64,000 nt of DNA from a virus, in the IMG/VR virus record IMGVR_UViG_3300033183_000299, positions 43,508-107,507 of that record; one strand, written 5' to 3'. Of this stretch, positions 42,068-52,764 are shown piece after piece (position 1 is the stretch's first letter; each line of letters begins with the position of its first letter). Below the pieces are notes generated by a model. The model was not told the origin of the DNA and made no database searches. It saw nothing but the letters and a program-made list of their open reading frames with translations. The position numbers and the translations under genes are program-made.

Positions 42068-44448
42068 TATCCTGCTCTCCCAATAACTGCCTTAGCTTCT
42101 GTTCTTATTATATCTCGAAGCTCTCTGTCTCCGATATATACTTTGACACTAATATCAGGCATTTTCATTTCAGGCATCTTAACGTCTACGACGAGTTTTC
42201 CTTCACTGATATTTTTAATCATTCCTTCGGAACCCATGATGAAAGATGAGTTTGTACCATCTGTGGTCATTGCGAGAAATCCATCGATCTTAACCGTTGA
42301 TAATTCCATAAGAACTGATTTAACTTTTTCTAATCCGCTAGCTATCGCTGACGTATCTATGCTGGCAGCGGCTTGGATATCCATGGCTTTTCCGCCTGGA
42401 TGTGCTGCGTCATAAACATTGCTCATTTCGTCAGAAAGAGCACTTAATTCTCCTCTAGCGCCGGAAGCATCTTTGCCCATTCTTGTGAACGTAGGGCCCA
42501 AGTCTTTATCGAACATTCCTTCGGCCATCGAACGAGAACCAGGTTTGTGGATAATATCCCACAGTTGACTCAAGGCTCCTACGAAAGCAATAATGCCGGC
42601 AATAGCCCATCCAACAGGAGTTAACATGCCTGCAATACTCGCGCCTACTGCTCCGAATTTGACTGCTAATGCTCCGAGAAAAACGACCGTAGGCGCAATC
42701 ACAGCAACAAACTTTACAACATACGCTATGAGAGGAGTAATAAAGGAAATAAATTTGGCAATCATCATAATAACAGGGCTAAAGGCTAAAAACAATTCCG
42801 TAACGGCTAGCTTCAGCTGAGTCATAAATGGTACTAAACTTTCTGTCGCATCAGAAAGTTCTTTTTGGATATCTGCTTGTTGTTTTTGGCCTTTCTCGTA
42901 TTGTTGATATTCCGCCATACTCATATTTAATAACTTCTGAGCCTCAGCTACATCCTTCACTCCCATTGCTTGGGCGATGTATTGTTTTGTATATTTGTCG
43001 AGAGAGTCAAAGTTCCCAACAGACATTTGAACTTGTTGCTTTAACATTAATATTCTCTCGGAATCTGTGGCTTGCATCATTTCAAGAGTCGAAAGTTGCG
43101 TACCAAGCACTGCGTTTAATTTAGCGGCAGATTCTGCCGCGGAATCAAACTTGTCAAACTTCTCTGTAATTCCAAGAAGTGTTTGCATTTCAATACCCGA
43201 TGCTTTAGCTGCAGCCGCAAGTTCTTTAAAAACTTTGATATTGTTTTTTCCATATATTGCTAAACGACCAGAAGCAGAATTGAAGTCTTCAATCATCTTA
43301 GTGCCGGTAATTCCAATTTCCTTGCCCATTCGCGCAAGTTGAGCTGTGGCATCGGCTGCCTGCTCTCCAGTCATGCCCATGGATCTTTGCATATGCTCCA
43401 TTGATTTAACTGAAGAGGCAGCAGAAACCCCAAGCTTCTCCAGTCTTGCGACAGTCAGTCCCATATATTCGTTTGTTTTTTCTGATTTTGGATTAAAAGA
43501 AGACAACCCCTGCGTCAAAGCTTTCAAGGCCTCGGCAGACTCTCTGAATCCAATACCGGCCATGTTTCCTTGTTTCGCCATTCTTGTAATTTCTTCATTG
43601 AATTGATCGCCAAAGCCGGTTGCTGCGCCCAATTGTTTAGATAAATTGTTCACCTCCAAACCCATTTTTACAATTACCCCAATGAAAGCTACCCCAGCTA
43701 GTACCGCGGCAACGCTCCCCTTAGCAAATTTTTCTGAACCCTCTAAGAAAAATTTGCTAGTTTTCAACATGCCTTCGCCTATTTTCCCACCGGTTTTAAG
43801 GCCTATCTTTCCAATGAAACTTCCAAATTTTTCCATGTTGTTTGTGACTTTAAAAGTTTTCGAAAGTAAATCGCCGACAACAGGTAATTTACCAGCATAA
43901 TCCCCTAGGATGTCAAATACATCTTCTTGTCTTTCTTCCATATCTTTCATGGAATCCTTGTTTTTGTCTATCTGCTCGCCAATTTTTTCTAATAAAGCTT
44001 TTTGCTTTTTAAGCTTCTCTTCGGTTTCGTTCATGCTTTTTTCAGCATCCGAGACCATCTTTTTTCTTTCTTCTCTTTGCGCTACTAGTGCGTTTCTTTG
44101 TTTTTTTAGGGTTTCAAGGAGATCTTCTTCTTCTGCTGATGTAAGACCTTCTTGGGACTTCTTTCTTAGGGACGCTATTTCCTTAACTATAGAGCTGTAT
44201 TCTTCTTGAAGCTTATTGTTTTCTTCTAAAATTTTGTTTAGTTTTTCTTGCTTTTTTATTCGTTCAGCTAGATACCTCTCTTCTCTTTCTTCTGCATCTT
44301 TGCGAGAGTTTATCAGCCTCTCTTCTCTTTCTTCCTGTTCTTTTAGTAGCTTGTTGTATTCTTCTTGAGAAACTCTTTTTTTCTTCAAGAGTTCCAATAC
44401 TTCTTTAGCTATCTCGGATTCATTGTTTGTTGGTTCATCAGTAGCCAT
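42067..44448 (-). CDS. tape measure protein
   Basis: Long helical, Ala/Gly-rich protein with hydrophobic stretches; follows the tail chaperone. Confidence 0.75.
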   Translation of the reverse strand: MATDEPTNNESEIAKEVLELLKKKRVSQEEYNKLLKEQEEREERLINSRKDAEEREERYLAERIKKQEKLNKILEENNKLQEEYSSIVKEIASLRKKSQEGLTSAEEEDLLETLKKQRNALVAQREERKKMVSDAEKSMNETEEKLKKQKALLEKIGEQIDKNKDSMKDMEERQEDVFDILGDYAGKLPVVGDLLSKTFKVTNNMEKFGSFIGKIGLKTGGKIGEGMLKTSKFFLEGSEKFAKGSVAAVLAGVAFIGVIVKMGLEVNNLSKQLGAATGFGDQFNEEITRMAKQGNMAGIGFRESAEALKALTQGLSSFNPKSEKTNEYMGLTVARLEKLGVSAASSVKSMEHMQRSMGMTGEQAADATAQLARMGKEIGITGTKMIEDFNSASGRLAIYGKNNIKVFKELAAAAKASGIEMQTLLGITEKFDKFDSAAESAAKLNAVLGTQLSTLEMMQATDSERILMLKQQVQMSVGNFDSLDKYTKQYIAQAMGVKDVAEAQKLLNMSMAEYQQYEKGQKQQADIQKELSDATESLVPFMTQLKLAVTELFLAFSPVIMMIAKFISFITPLIAYVVKFVAVIAPTVVFLGALAVKFGAVGASIAGMLTPVGWAIAGIIAFVGALSQLWDIIHKPGSRSMAEGMFDKDLGPTFTRMGKDASGARGELSALSDEMSNVYDAAHPGGKAMDIQAAASIDTSAIASGLEKVKSVLMELSTVKIDGFLAMTTDGTNSSFIMGSEGMIKNISEGKLVVDVKMPEMKMPDISVKVYIGDRELRDIIRTEAKAVIGRAG

Positions 44449-44485
44449 ACACAGGGTCCTCGTTCATTATATTAATTAGTTTAAT

Positions 44486-44514
44486 AAAGAAAATGCTCGG
44501 ACAAAGCCGAGCAT
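44486..44514 (-). terminator. intrinsic terminator
   Basis: ATGCTCGG/CCGAGCAT stem followed by TTTCTTT. Confidence 0.65.
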
Positions 44515-44518
44515 CGTT

Positions 44519-44705
44519 TTATCGAGAAGATTTTTTCATTTCTTCCGCTTCTTTCTTGTATTCTTTAATTGTTCTCTCAAGCCACCAAGTTCTTAAGCCC
44601 ACGGGCAAGTTGTACAATTCAAACAAAGACCATCCACCATAATGCTTTAAAGTAAAAAAGCATTCATAGACGTTCTCCATATATTCATCGGTCAGGCCAA
44701 AAAAA
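44519..44705 (-). CDS. tail assembly chaperone C-terminal extension (probably reached by frameshift)
   Basis: FFGLTDEYMENVYECFFTLKHYGGWS...; overlaps the upstream gene at a T7 run; no evident SD. Confidence 0.55.
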
Positions 44706-45521
44706 GTCGGTTCCGAAAGGAACCAGCATAGCCTCCTCATGTTCGCAGTTTTTGCAAACAAATGTTTGTTCCATCTTGATGTCTGGCGATATCAACTTAA
44801 AAGCATTGCGGATATATTTTGCATCAGCAGCAGTCATGTTGTCCGCAACGTAATTAATTGTTTTAGCGTCAGAGTATCCATTTAAGTCCACAATAAAGCG
44901 CTTCATTTGCTTTGTAATCAAGTTTTCGGTTGCGTCCTTGGCTTTACCCTCGGAAAGCATTTCAACCTCGTCTTGGCCCGTTAGTGGGCGAATACGAGCA
45001 GCTATTGTTGACATCGGCAAAGTTAAAGAAAATGTGCCGTCATTATTATTCTTGATTTCTGACTCTGGATATTCATTTCCGCAATACTCTTCGTGATCAG
45101 CCAGGTCAAACTCAAACTTTGACACCGTACCACAAGCAGGGCACTGAACAGATGTCTTATAGTCTGCCCCATATGCACTTGCTCTTGCGTTGATGATGAT
45201 AGCGTTTCGGTCTCCAATATAAAGAGAGCGAGCATTGATGCTTTTGTCTTTGATTACATTCTGAATAAGACGATCAATGGCCAAACCTTTCTTTAGCAAA
45301 GAGCGATTCGTCAAGATGTCTTCATCTTTAGCAGTCATATATTTAATTTCAATTGAATCTTGTCCGTGAAGAGGGTGTCCTTCTGGATATCTCCCTTTTG
45401 ATGGTAATTGTACGAATTGCGTTGGTGTAACGAAATCCATTGGATTGGCCATTTGAGGAGTTTCCTCTGTTGGCGTTGGTTTGTGACCGCCCATTAAACG
45501 ATCTTCATTATTTCTTCTCAT
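44685..45521 (-). CDS. tail assembly chaperone / T4 gp26-like hub assembly protein
   Basis: LPSKGRY, MTAKDEDIL, GDRNAII..R..AYG, CPACG, CKNC, FFWP. Confidence 0.7.
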   Translation of the reverse strand: MRRNNEDRLMGGHKPTPTEETPQMANPMDFVTPTQFVQLPSKGRYPEGHPLHGQDSIEIKYMTAKDEDILTNRSLLKKGLAIDRLIQNVIKDKSINARSLYIGDRNAIIINARASAYGADYKTSVQCPACGTVSKFEFDLADHEEYCGNEYPESEIKNNNDGTFSLTLPMSTIAARIRPLTGQDEVEMLSEGKAKDATENLITKQMKRFIVDLNGYSDAKTINYVADNMTAADAKYIRNAFKLISPDIKMEQTFVCKNCEHEEAMLVPFGTDFFWPDR

Positions 45522-45540
45522 TTTTACCTCTAGTTATTTA

Positions 45541-46182
45541 TTATGGAACCGTTGGCGATTTACCAGTATCTATGAAAATATTGCTGGTATAGAACTCAGC
45601 CCAGTCGTAAGAGATGTCTAGTGAATATTCAACTAATCCATCATCCCCATAGTCTAGTTCTCCCCATGCAATACTTGTGATGATTGGGTTCTTGAGATCC
45701 CAAACTTCAGTACTTATAAGGCCGGCTTCATTTCTTCCCGCAGGATCTAGCTGATGGATTCTAAGGAATGTCCCAAAAGATATGTCCATTGAAGCTGCTT
45801 TCTCTGGAGAAGAGATAGTCTTATCTCTTCCGGATCTACCACCTGAACCATCCGGTGTTGTATAGCCAGAAGCCAACAACATTTCCCATAGGGTCTCAGC
45901 TGTGCCTCTAGATTTTGGACTTGGAATGGTACCGAAGTCTTCTGGGTTTCCTTCTTTATTTCCCCAAAACCCTGCGTCTACAAATTTAATTGAAATAGGC
46001 TCCCACCTAACCAACCCTGGATAATTGTAGTAATGGTTGATTAAGCGGTATTCTTTTTTTTCAATAGTTGCTTTTGGTTTAGATACGCTAGATACAGACA
46101 AAAGATCGCCACCATTGCCCATTTGGACCATGAAGCGATTCTTTAGTTTTGGTTGGTTTGTAGCTGCACTCCACCAAGTCAT
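45541..46182 (-). CDS. tail tube-like protein (second gp19-like paralog)
   Basis: PKLKNRF, KP, WEPISIKFVD, WGELDYGDD pattern shared with 46191-46766. Confidence 0.7.
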   Translation of the reverse strand: MTWWSAATNQPKLKNRFMVQMGNGGDLLSVSSVSKPKATIEKKEYRLINHYYNYPGLVRWEPISIKFVDAGFWGNKEGNPEDFGTIPSPKSRGTAETLWEMLLASGYTTPDGSGGRSGRDKTISSPEKAASMDISFGTFLRIHQLDPAGRNEAGLISTEVWDLKNPIITSIAWGELDYGDDGLVEYSLDISYDWAEFYTSNIFIDTGKSPTVP

Positions 46183-46190
46183 TATTTCTC

Positions 46191-46766
46191 CTAGTTTTCA
46201 AAGAATTTGGAGTCTGTTGAAGGTCCTTTCGAAAATTCAGCCCAATCAAACTTAATTCCTAAGTTGATTTCTGAAAGACCATCGTCTTCATAACTTAAGT
46301 CATTGAAGGATACTTTTGTAATGAAAGGATTGTGCAAAGTCCAGCGCTCAATTGTGTTTTGGCCTGTTGCATCAAGTTGATGAATTACGACTGCCCCAAG
46401 AGCTGAAGTTGATTTGCCTTTAGAGATAGTCTCTAACTGTTGAGCTGTTTTTGGAAAGCGATAACCAGCGTTCTCAATAACCTTAAGCAATTCTACAGCA
46501 GCATCAACGCCACCTTCGTTTTCTTCTGCTGGGTCAACGAGTGTTACTTCGATATCGTCCCAAGAAACGCTACCTGGAAAGTTAAAAGTATGTCCCATAA
46601 ATTTGTGAGTAGTATCACCGCTAATATTCATTGTTGGCTTATTGATTGTTTTCGCATACCAAACAATACCAGAGCCGCCACCTAAGTCACCAATTTGAAC
46701 TTTAAATCTGAATTTTCTCTTAGGGTCTCTCATGCCAGAGTCTAAATTTGTTCCCCAAAATGCCAT
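46191..46766 (-). CDS. tail tube protein (gp19-like)
   Basis: PKRKFRF, KP, FPGSVSWDDIEVTLVD, WTLHNPF, LSYEDD; downstream of the sheath gene. Confidence 0.82.
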   Translation of the reverse strand: MAFWGTNLDSGMRDPKRKFRFKVQIGDLGGGSGIVWYAKTINKPTMNISGDTTHKFMGHTFNFPGSVSWDDIEVTLVDPAEENEGGVDAAVELLKVIENAGYRFPKTAQQLETISKGKSTSALGAVVIHQLDATGQNTIERWTLHNPFITKVSFNDLSYEDDGLSEINLGIKFDWAEFSKGPSTDSKFFEN

Positions 46767-46800
46767 AATAATAATCTCCTATTTAATCTTAATTAGTGGC

Positions 46801-49614
46801 TTATACGAAATCTGCGCCGGTCTTAGTGATTACAAAGTCAACAACAATGTATTCGATAGCACGTGCGGGCTTGATATAAATCTTAGCATACATGATGTTA
46901 CGATCAACCAAGTCAGCAGTAGTTGTAGTTGAATCCAAAATTAACTTATAATCAGATAAACCAAATCTTGCTCTTGTATCAGCCAAAATAGGGTTAACTT
47001 GAGACTTGAAGCGGTTCCATGTTGATTCAATGTTTTGGTCAAACAACAAGTTTCTAGAAACAGTTGAAACGCGAGACTTCAAGTAAAGAACCAAGCGACG
47101 AACATTGATGCGATCCAAAGCAGACTGATCTGCTTGCAAAGTCTTTTGTCCAAAGATTACAAGACCTTCCGCAGGGAAAGTTGCGATTGGGTTGATGTTG
47201 ACTTCATATAGTGCGTCACGCTCTCGAGAATCCAATCTCTGGCGTGCTTGAACTGCTTTTGGTCCACGAGGTCCACCAAGCTCTCCAAGGCCGCCACGGT
47301 TAAAACCTGCCGGTGCAAACCACAATTCGGATTGTGCTTGAGACTTACCGAAGGCTCCCAATGCTGCAACTGAAGGAGGAACCCAAAGCAATTGATTTCC
47401 ACTTAAATTGTCTGAGATTTGAACCCATGGGTAGAATGTGCATGCGTAAGATGAATTAAGGTTTCGCTCTTTCAATGCGTTAACAGCTTGAGTTACATCT
47501 CCAAGAGATGAGGTTTCTTCTGCATCACTAGCTCTTTCTGCTTGAGGTGTATAGTCCTCTTCTAAGTCGATAATTGCAAGAACATCTTTTCTGCTCTCGG
47601 CAACATCAATAACTCTGTTGGTAATTACTGGTTTACGGATACCTGGGACTAGCAACATGTTTGCCGGAACTACCTCTGGATCCAAGACCGTATCTAAAGC
47701 CTTGTTTAGAGTGTAGTGCAAGTAGCTTGTCTTGTCATCACGAGTATCAGGAATATCTCTGAATGGCTCTTTTTCTGTGATATCGAAGCCGTCAAACCCA
47801 CCGTGAAGAGGCATTAAGAATTGACGTACACCAAGATCCAAGAGATCAGAGAAAGACCCTGAATCGGATGTGAAGCTATCGGTTGATGTATATGGAGCGC
47901 TAGTTTTGTAGGATCCTGAAGTATAAGTAACTTCATTTGAACCTGTATTAATGACCAAGTCATCCAAAGTGAAAACAAATGATGGTTCAAAATCGGCTGC
48001 ACCGTCTGTAATACCAGCAGGTAAAGCTCTTAAGTAGTCGACATAATCTGGGTCGTTTTTGTTTGAGGCAGCAGAAATCTTTGGACGAATACCGTAGTAT
48101 GCTCTATAAGGATTTGGTGCACCTCCCTCAGTACCGTTTTGTCTCAAAGGAATAGAAGGGAAGTTTACAGAGGCTGTAAAGTCGGTAGGTCCGAATACGA
48201 AGTGTCCTGAATTTTCTGTACCGGGAACAGAACCAGACCCATCAACGAAAGCACCGGCAAAATCTTCAGTTGGGTCATCATATGCACTTGCGCTAAGGGC
48301 ACCAGAAAGAAGACTAAAACCTTTTGGACGAGTTGGTCCAACGAAACCAGCAGGCAAATAGCCTTGACCAGCACCATCTTTAATAAATTGTTTTACTTCA
48401 ATGTAAATTAAGTCTGATTGATTTTGGAAGTCGCCATAAGTTCTGTAACGACGGTCTTTGTCACTCCATTGAATGAATTGGTCTCCAATCTTTCTAGCAA
48501 CATAGCTAGGAGATGAAGGGTTCAAATTACAACCAGAGAATCTCTCAATTGTTTGACCAGAAAGGTTTTTGACAGCAACGGTGAAAGTTCCAAATGGATC
48601 AACAGTTGGGTTAGCCGCAGAGCGAATCTCTTCGATTGCGATCATATATTCTTTTTCAACTTCGTTACCAACGTGAAGACATTTAAATTTGAACAACTCT
48701 TCTTGTCCCATTTCTTGCTGAGAGATAACCCAGCCAGTTTTGGATTCTAAAGCACCTTCTTTGTGATCAGCCCAGTTTGAAGTTCCACTTACTAAAGGTA
48801 AGAGCATGGCATAAGAATTACCAGCTGCCGTTCCCAAGCTTAAGTCTTCCACTTGACGATTAAATGTCTCACCAAGCCAATAGGTCTTTCTTTGCGCTGC
48901 TGGAGTGGTCTCTGAGTTAACGAGTTGAGGGTTCGTATTGAATACTGAGCGAATATATTTGGAAGAGTTTCTATTGAAGTTAAAAGTGATGGCGTTTCCG
49001 ACATTGTTATCGTCTGCATCTTTGATTCTTAGGTTAAATTCATTATTAGCCTCAGACTTCATAAAGGTACCAGCTTGCTCAACGGAGTCTCCATTCCAAT
49101 TTCTACCAGCCAAAGTTAGATACCCAGAGTCACAATAGAATACTGCACCAAGAGCACCAGTCAAGTCTGTGTTTGTTGAACTTGAGGTAAACAAGAATAG
49201 CCCATATGCAGTAGAGTTCTGAGCATAGTCTGGGCTGATAGTACCAGAAAGGGACCATCCAGCCAAACCATCAGGATCGGCATTCGGATGATCTTCGCCA
49301 GCCAATCTAACCATTGTAACTGGGGATTGATCAGAAGCAAGCCACGCCTGAGCGGCATAAGAAGCGTAAGTCGGACCAGACATGTTACCGTCTCTCCACA
49401 TATCACCTTGAACTCCATTTCCACCAGCAACAGGAAGGCCAAAGACAGAAACAAAGTCATCCAAGTTGCGAATTTTTACAGGCTTGTTGGCAGGACCTTT
49501 TCTTGTGCGACCAATAATAATAGGTCCTTCAGCATCCACTTGAGCTGGGATAAAGCTTTGGTCGATCTCGCGGATTTCAATTCCGGGTGATAGAAAATCA
49601 AATTTTTTAGCCAT
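46801..49614 (-). CDS. tail sheath protein (gp18-like)
   Basis: SPGIEIREID N-terminus; WFAPAGFNRG, INPI, FGQKTL, RINVRRL, PARAIEYI. Confidence 0.93.
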   Translation of the reverse strand: MAKKFDFLSPGIEIREIDQSFIPAQVDAEGPIIIGRTRKGPANKPVKIRNLDDFVSVFGLPVAGGNGVQGDMWRDGNMSGPTYASYAAQAWLASDQSPVTMVRLAGEDHPNADPDGLAGWSLSGTISPDYAQNSTAYGLFLFTSSSTNTDLTGALGAVFYCDSGYLTLAGRNWNGDSVEQAGTFMKSEANNEFNLRIKDADDNNVGNAITFNFNRNSSKYIRSVFNTNPQLVNSETTPAAQRKTYWLGETFNRQVEDLSLGTAAGNSYAMLLPLVSGTSNWADHKEGALESKTGWVISQQEMGQEELFKFKCLHVGNEVEKEYMIAIEEIRSAANPTVDPFGTFTVAVKNLSGQTIERFSGCNLNPSSPSYVARKIGDQFIQWSDKDRRYRTYGDFQNQSDLIYIEVKQFIKDGAGQGYLPAGFVGPTRPKGFSLLSGALSASAYDDPTEDFAGAFVDGSGSVPGTENSGHFVFGPTDFTASVNFPSIPLRQNGTEGGAPNPYRAYYGIRPKISAASNKNDPDYVDYLRALPAGITDGAADFEPSFVFTLDDLVINTGSNEVTYTSGSYKTSAPYTSTDSFTSDSGSFSDLLDLGVRQFLMPLHGGFDGFDITEKEPFRDIPDTRDDKTSYLHYTLNKALDTVLDPEVVPANMLLVPGIRKPVITNRVIDVAESRKDVLAIIDLEEDYTPQAERASDAEETSSLGDVTQAVNALKERNLNSSYACTFYPWVQISDNLSGNQLLWVPPSVAALGAFGKSQAQSELWFAPAGFNRGGLGELGGPRGPKAVQARQRLDSRERDALYEVNINPIATFPAEGLVIFGQKTLQADQSALDRINVRRLVLYLKSRVSTVSRNLLFDQNIESTWNRFKSQVNPILADTRARFGLSDYKLILDSTTTTADLVDRNIMYAKIYIKPARAIEYIVVDFVITKTGADFV

Positions 49615-49680
49615 CGACTACTCTCCTTAAATAATATTCATTTTCCTATTAAATAGTAGACGCAAACCCTAAAGTCCGTT

Positions 49681-50532
49681 TTAAAACTCTCTAAAACTAT
49701 CATCGTCATTTTCCCAAGGTTTTTTGTCTCCGACAATGGTTCGCTCTCTTATGATTTTAACTTCAACAATGGACTCTTTCTTTACTACTTTTGGAACTTC
49801 TTCGTTTACTCCGTCTCCCAAAAGGTAGCCCAAAACCTTTAAAGTGATGGTTGTATCAAATGATCTCTCATCTTCTCCTAAGTTAGACGCATTATTGCTC
49901 TGACTGTAATCTCCTTCGATAAACACTTCGTATTGGTGTCCGTTATGGTGAGCCAACAGCGCGTTTATATTACCAGTTCTCGTAATGAATGGAGTTAGCA
50001 AGTCATTCATTTGTTGTTGATACTCTGTTCTTAACTTCACTGAGTATGTGACGTTAATCCAAGTTGGAATTGGGGCATAATACTCTTCATAAACAATTTT
50101 TTGATTAGCTGTAGGATAGTTCTCTTGACCAGATTCTTTCTGGCTCTCTATCGAGGCTTGTTTGCGGGTACTTTTCTGTGAAATTTGTCTCGAAATTATT
50201 CTTTGGTGCTTCTGATAGCCTCTCGGGCCTGTTAATTCGGGAAACACGTTTGCTTGAAAGGCACCTTTGAAGGAAGGGTCCTTTGAAATACCGGTTCTTT
50301 CAAAAGAAATCAATGGAAGCTTTAATTTTCCAACAGAATCTCGTATTTCTTTGTTTTTGGAGTTATGAGCTCTTTCCGGTGACACCCATAAAAGTGGAAC
50401 TTTCTTAAATCCTTCATTCGTAGTTGTGTGAAGGTCGAAAGTCTTGTCTAATAGGTCATGAATAGCCATATCTATTGTTTCAATAGTTGAAGGCTCCACT
50501 CTTGTTGCGTTAGTTTCCATTGAATACACCAT
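49681..50532 (-). CDS. tail terminator/sheath stabiliser (gp15-like)
   Basis: KVPLLW..PER, LKLPLISFER, PIPTWINVTY; position between neck and sheath genes. Confidence 0.6.
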   Translation of the reverse strand: MVYSMETNATRVEPSTIETIDMAIHDLLDKTFDLHTTTNEGFKKVPLLWVSPERAHNSKNKEIRDSVGKLKLPLISFERTGISKDPSFKGAFQANVFPELTGPRGYQKHQRIISRQISQKSTRKQASIESQKESGQENYPTANQKIVYEEYYAPIPTWINVTYSVKLRTEYQQQMNDLLTPFITRTGNINALLAHHNGHQYEVFIEGDYSQSNNASNLGEDERSFDTTITLKVLGYLLGDGVNEEVPKVVKKESIVEVKIIRERTIVGDKKPWENDDDSFREF

Positions 50533-50998
50533 CTCTTGCTCTAATACACTCTGCTGTTACTTCAAATCTACTATCTATCTGCCCAAACAGAGCCTTTGGT
50601 TCATTAATCTTGACGATTTCGTAATAGATTTCTCCGTATCTAACGAAATCACCTTCTCTAACAAACAATTCTTGATCTTCCGTCAATCTTCTCTTGTGAA
50701 AGTTGACTTTAAGACCTGTTGTCTTGTCTATACCCACGCCTTCTAAAAAAGATGTCTCAACTCCCAAGTATTCTACGAGAGCATATACACGAATTGGGTG
50801 AAGAAAGTTTTTTTCAATAGCTTCTCCATATAGTGGATGGAAGTTTGTGGTCTCCATATCAATTGGAAAGTATAAAATCTGTTGACCAACAACTCTTTCG
50901 ATGATTTCATCATTGACTTGCTTTACGAGGTTCTTTTCCTTTTCTCCTAAGAACAGTGGAGATGGAGGTTGCGTTGGTCTTTCCCATTTAGACATCAT
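50510..50998 (-). CDS. neck/head-closure protein (gp14-like)
   Basis: GQQILYFP...LYGEA, VREGDFV..GEIYYEI; synteny. Confidence 0.65.
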   Translation of the reverse strand: MMSKWERPTQPPSPLFLGEKEKNLVKQVNDEIIERVVGQQILYFPIDMETTNFHPLYGEAIEKNFLHPIRVYALVEYLGVETSFLEGVGIDKTTGLKVNFHKRRLTEDQELFVREGDFVRYGEIYYEIVKINEPKALFGQIDSRFEVTAECIRARDGVFNGN

Positions 50999-52761
50999 AG
51001 TTTCCTTTTGATTCTTATTCTATATCGAGATCTGCTTTCGTTTAGTGCTTCTGGTTTTAGAAAATCATGAAAAATTTCTTTAAGCACTTCAGGATCATTG
51101 TTTATCTTGGCCATTATGCTCTTGTAATATTCAATTTGAGAGATTTGGACTTTTTCTAGTTGATAAAAAGCATCAACCAATTCATCGACCTCAACTGACC
51201 CGTGAGAATAGCTACTTTCAAATTTAACAATAACGGACTCTTGTTCTGAAATCACAGTAGTCCTCATTACTCCTGGAAAATATTTTGAAAAACTATTCAA
51301 ATCTTTACTTGGCCTAGCATGAATACTTTGTAAAAAATCACTCAATTTTTTTAAGTCTATTTGTGGTGCGATACTGGAGATATCTAAATGTACATCGGTC
51401 CGACAGCCAAAATAATCGTAATATCCACTTCCATCGTCTTCTGAAATATAAACGTATGAATTAATTTTGCTATCGGATTCGCTGTCCTTAAAGTAAACAT
51501 CTTCCTCTCCTCTCTGAATTGAGTTGTATACCTTAAGGCTAGTTACTACAAAATCTTCCTCATTTGTTTCATGCTTTTCTATTGAATTAGAGTGTTTTAT
51601 TTTAAAGAAATCAAGTGCTTCTTTTACCATCGCATCAAAGGGTGTATCCGCATATGACCCACCATGCGAGACTGCTTGAGTCTTTAAGTTTACGGGCTGT
51701 GTTAGTTGGTTGAATTTGCTTTGTTGAATATCCATTAATGTTTGAAAGATCTTATCTCTTGACCCAACTGGGAAAGATCCATAAATAGCTTTTTCAATAA
51801 CAGCAAACTCAATTCCTTGTATCAAAACTTTTCTAAGCCTCACACGACCAGTGGGCTCAACTCCTTCGACACCTTTTCTATCTATATCTTTGAAGATTTC
51901 TTTACCCTCAAACTTATCTAGAGAAGCTTGATTAAGTTCAAGTCCATAGTGTTGTTTAAAACCACTCTTTGATAATGAGTATATCACAGCACCATCTTGC
52001 GTAGAGTCGGCAAGAGCACAATGTCTATAATCTGAGTCAAGGCTATGACAAGATCTAAGAGCAGGAAAGTCAGACATTCTAATAACATCTTCAGGGAATC
52101 GTGTCAACATGAAAGCAGCATCTGATGTATTTTCGGGCCAGCCAGCTGATCGTCCAGTAAGTTCTCTTTTGTTTTTAGCAAATAGTTTGACTAGTTCATC
52201 AGCTTCTGTTTGGACTCTTTCGACATCAAGGTTGTCCACAATGGTTTCCAAGTCGATTTTCGGTTCTCCGGTTGGCTGGAAGTCTTTGTCAAAAAAGCCA
52301 ACAAAAGACTCTAGAATACCGGTAGCTCTATTATGGTCCATAGTTTTGAGATCAGCCATTATCTTTGGTATATTGTCGGCAGCTGCCCTATATTGGTTGA
52401 TAAATTTTTCTAAATTAATTTTCTTAGTTGTCTTTTCGCCTAAATATCTTTTTCTAGTTGCCTGATTGAAAGAAGACTTAAAACTTGTAACATGTATCAC
52501 TGGTATCGAGTTTACAATAGACCTATTGCCCTTTTCTGTTGTTTTCTTCTCCATCTCTATGGAGATAGCTGACTTTGAAAGAATTTGATTTATGCTGTCC
52601 AAGTCAGTTTGGGCATAACTTAATAGAGCTCTATCACCTGAGCTACCCAGGCTAGAGAATATATCCTGAAAGGAGTTGTTGTCGTATCCATCAAGATTAG
52701 AAAGAACATCTTCTGTTGCTTCGTTAAGATATTTTTTCCAGCTTTCCATTAATAATTTCAT
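50995..52761 (-). CDS. hypothetical protein with MKLLMESWKKYLNE leader
   Basis: 588-aa ORF inserted between the neck genes. Confidence 0.7.
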   Translation of the reverse strand: MKLLMESWKKYLNEATEDVLSNLDGYDNNSFQDIFSSLGSSGDRALLSYAQTDLDSINQILSKSAISIEMEKKTTEKGNRSIVNSIPVIHVTSFKSSFNQATRKRYLGEKTTKKINLEKFINQYRAAADNIPKIMADLKTMDHNRATGILESFVGFFDKDFQPTGEPKIDLETIVDNLDVERVQTEADELVKLFAKNKRELTGRSAGWPENTSDAAFMLTRFPEDVIRMSDFPALRSCHSLDSDYRHCALADSTQDGAVIYSLSKSGFKQHYGLELNQASLDKFEGKEIFKDIDRKGVEGVEPTGRVRLRKVLIQGIEFAVIEKAIYGSFPVGSRDKIFQTLMDIQQSKFNQLTQPVNLKTQAVSHGGSYADTPFDAMVKEALDFFKIKHSNSIEKHETNEEDFVVTSLKVYNSIQRGEEDVYFKDSESDSKINSYVYISEDDGSGYYDYFGCRTDVHLDISSIAPQIDLKKLSDFLQSIHARPSKDLNSFSKYFPGVMRTTVISEQESVIVKFESSYSHGSVEVDELVDAFYQLEKVQISQIEYYKSIMAKINNDPEVLKEIFHDFLKPEALNESRSRYRIRIKRKL

Positions 52762-52764
52762 TTC

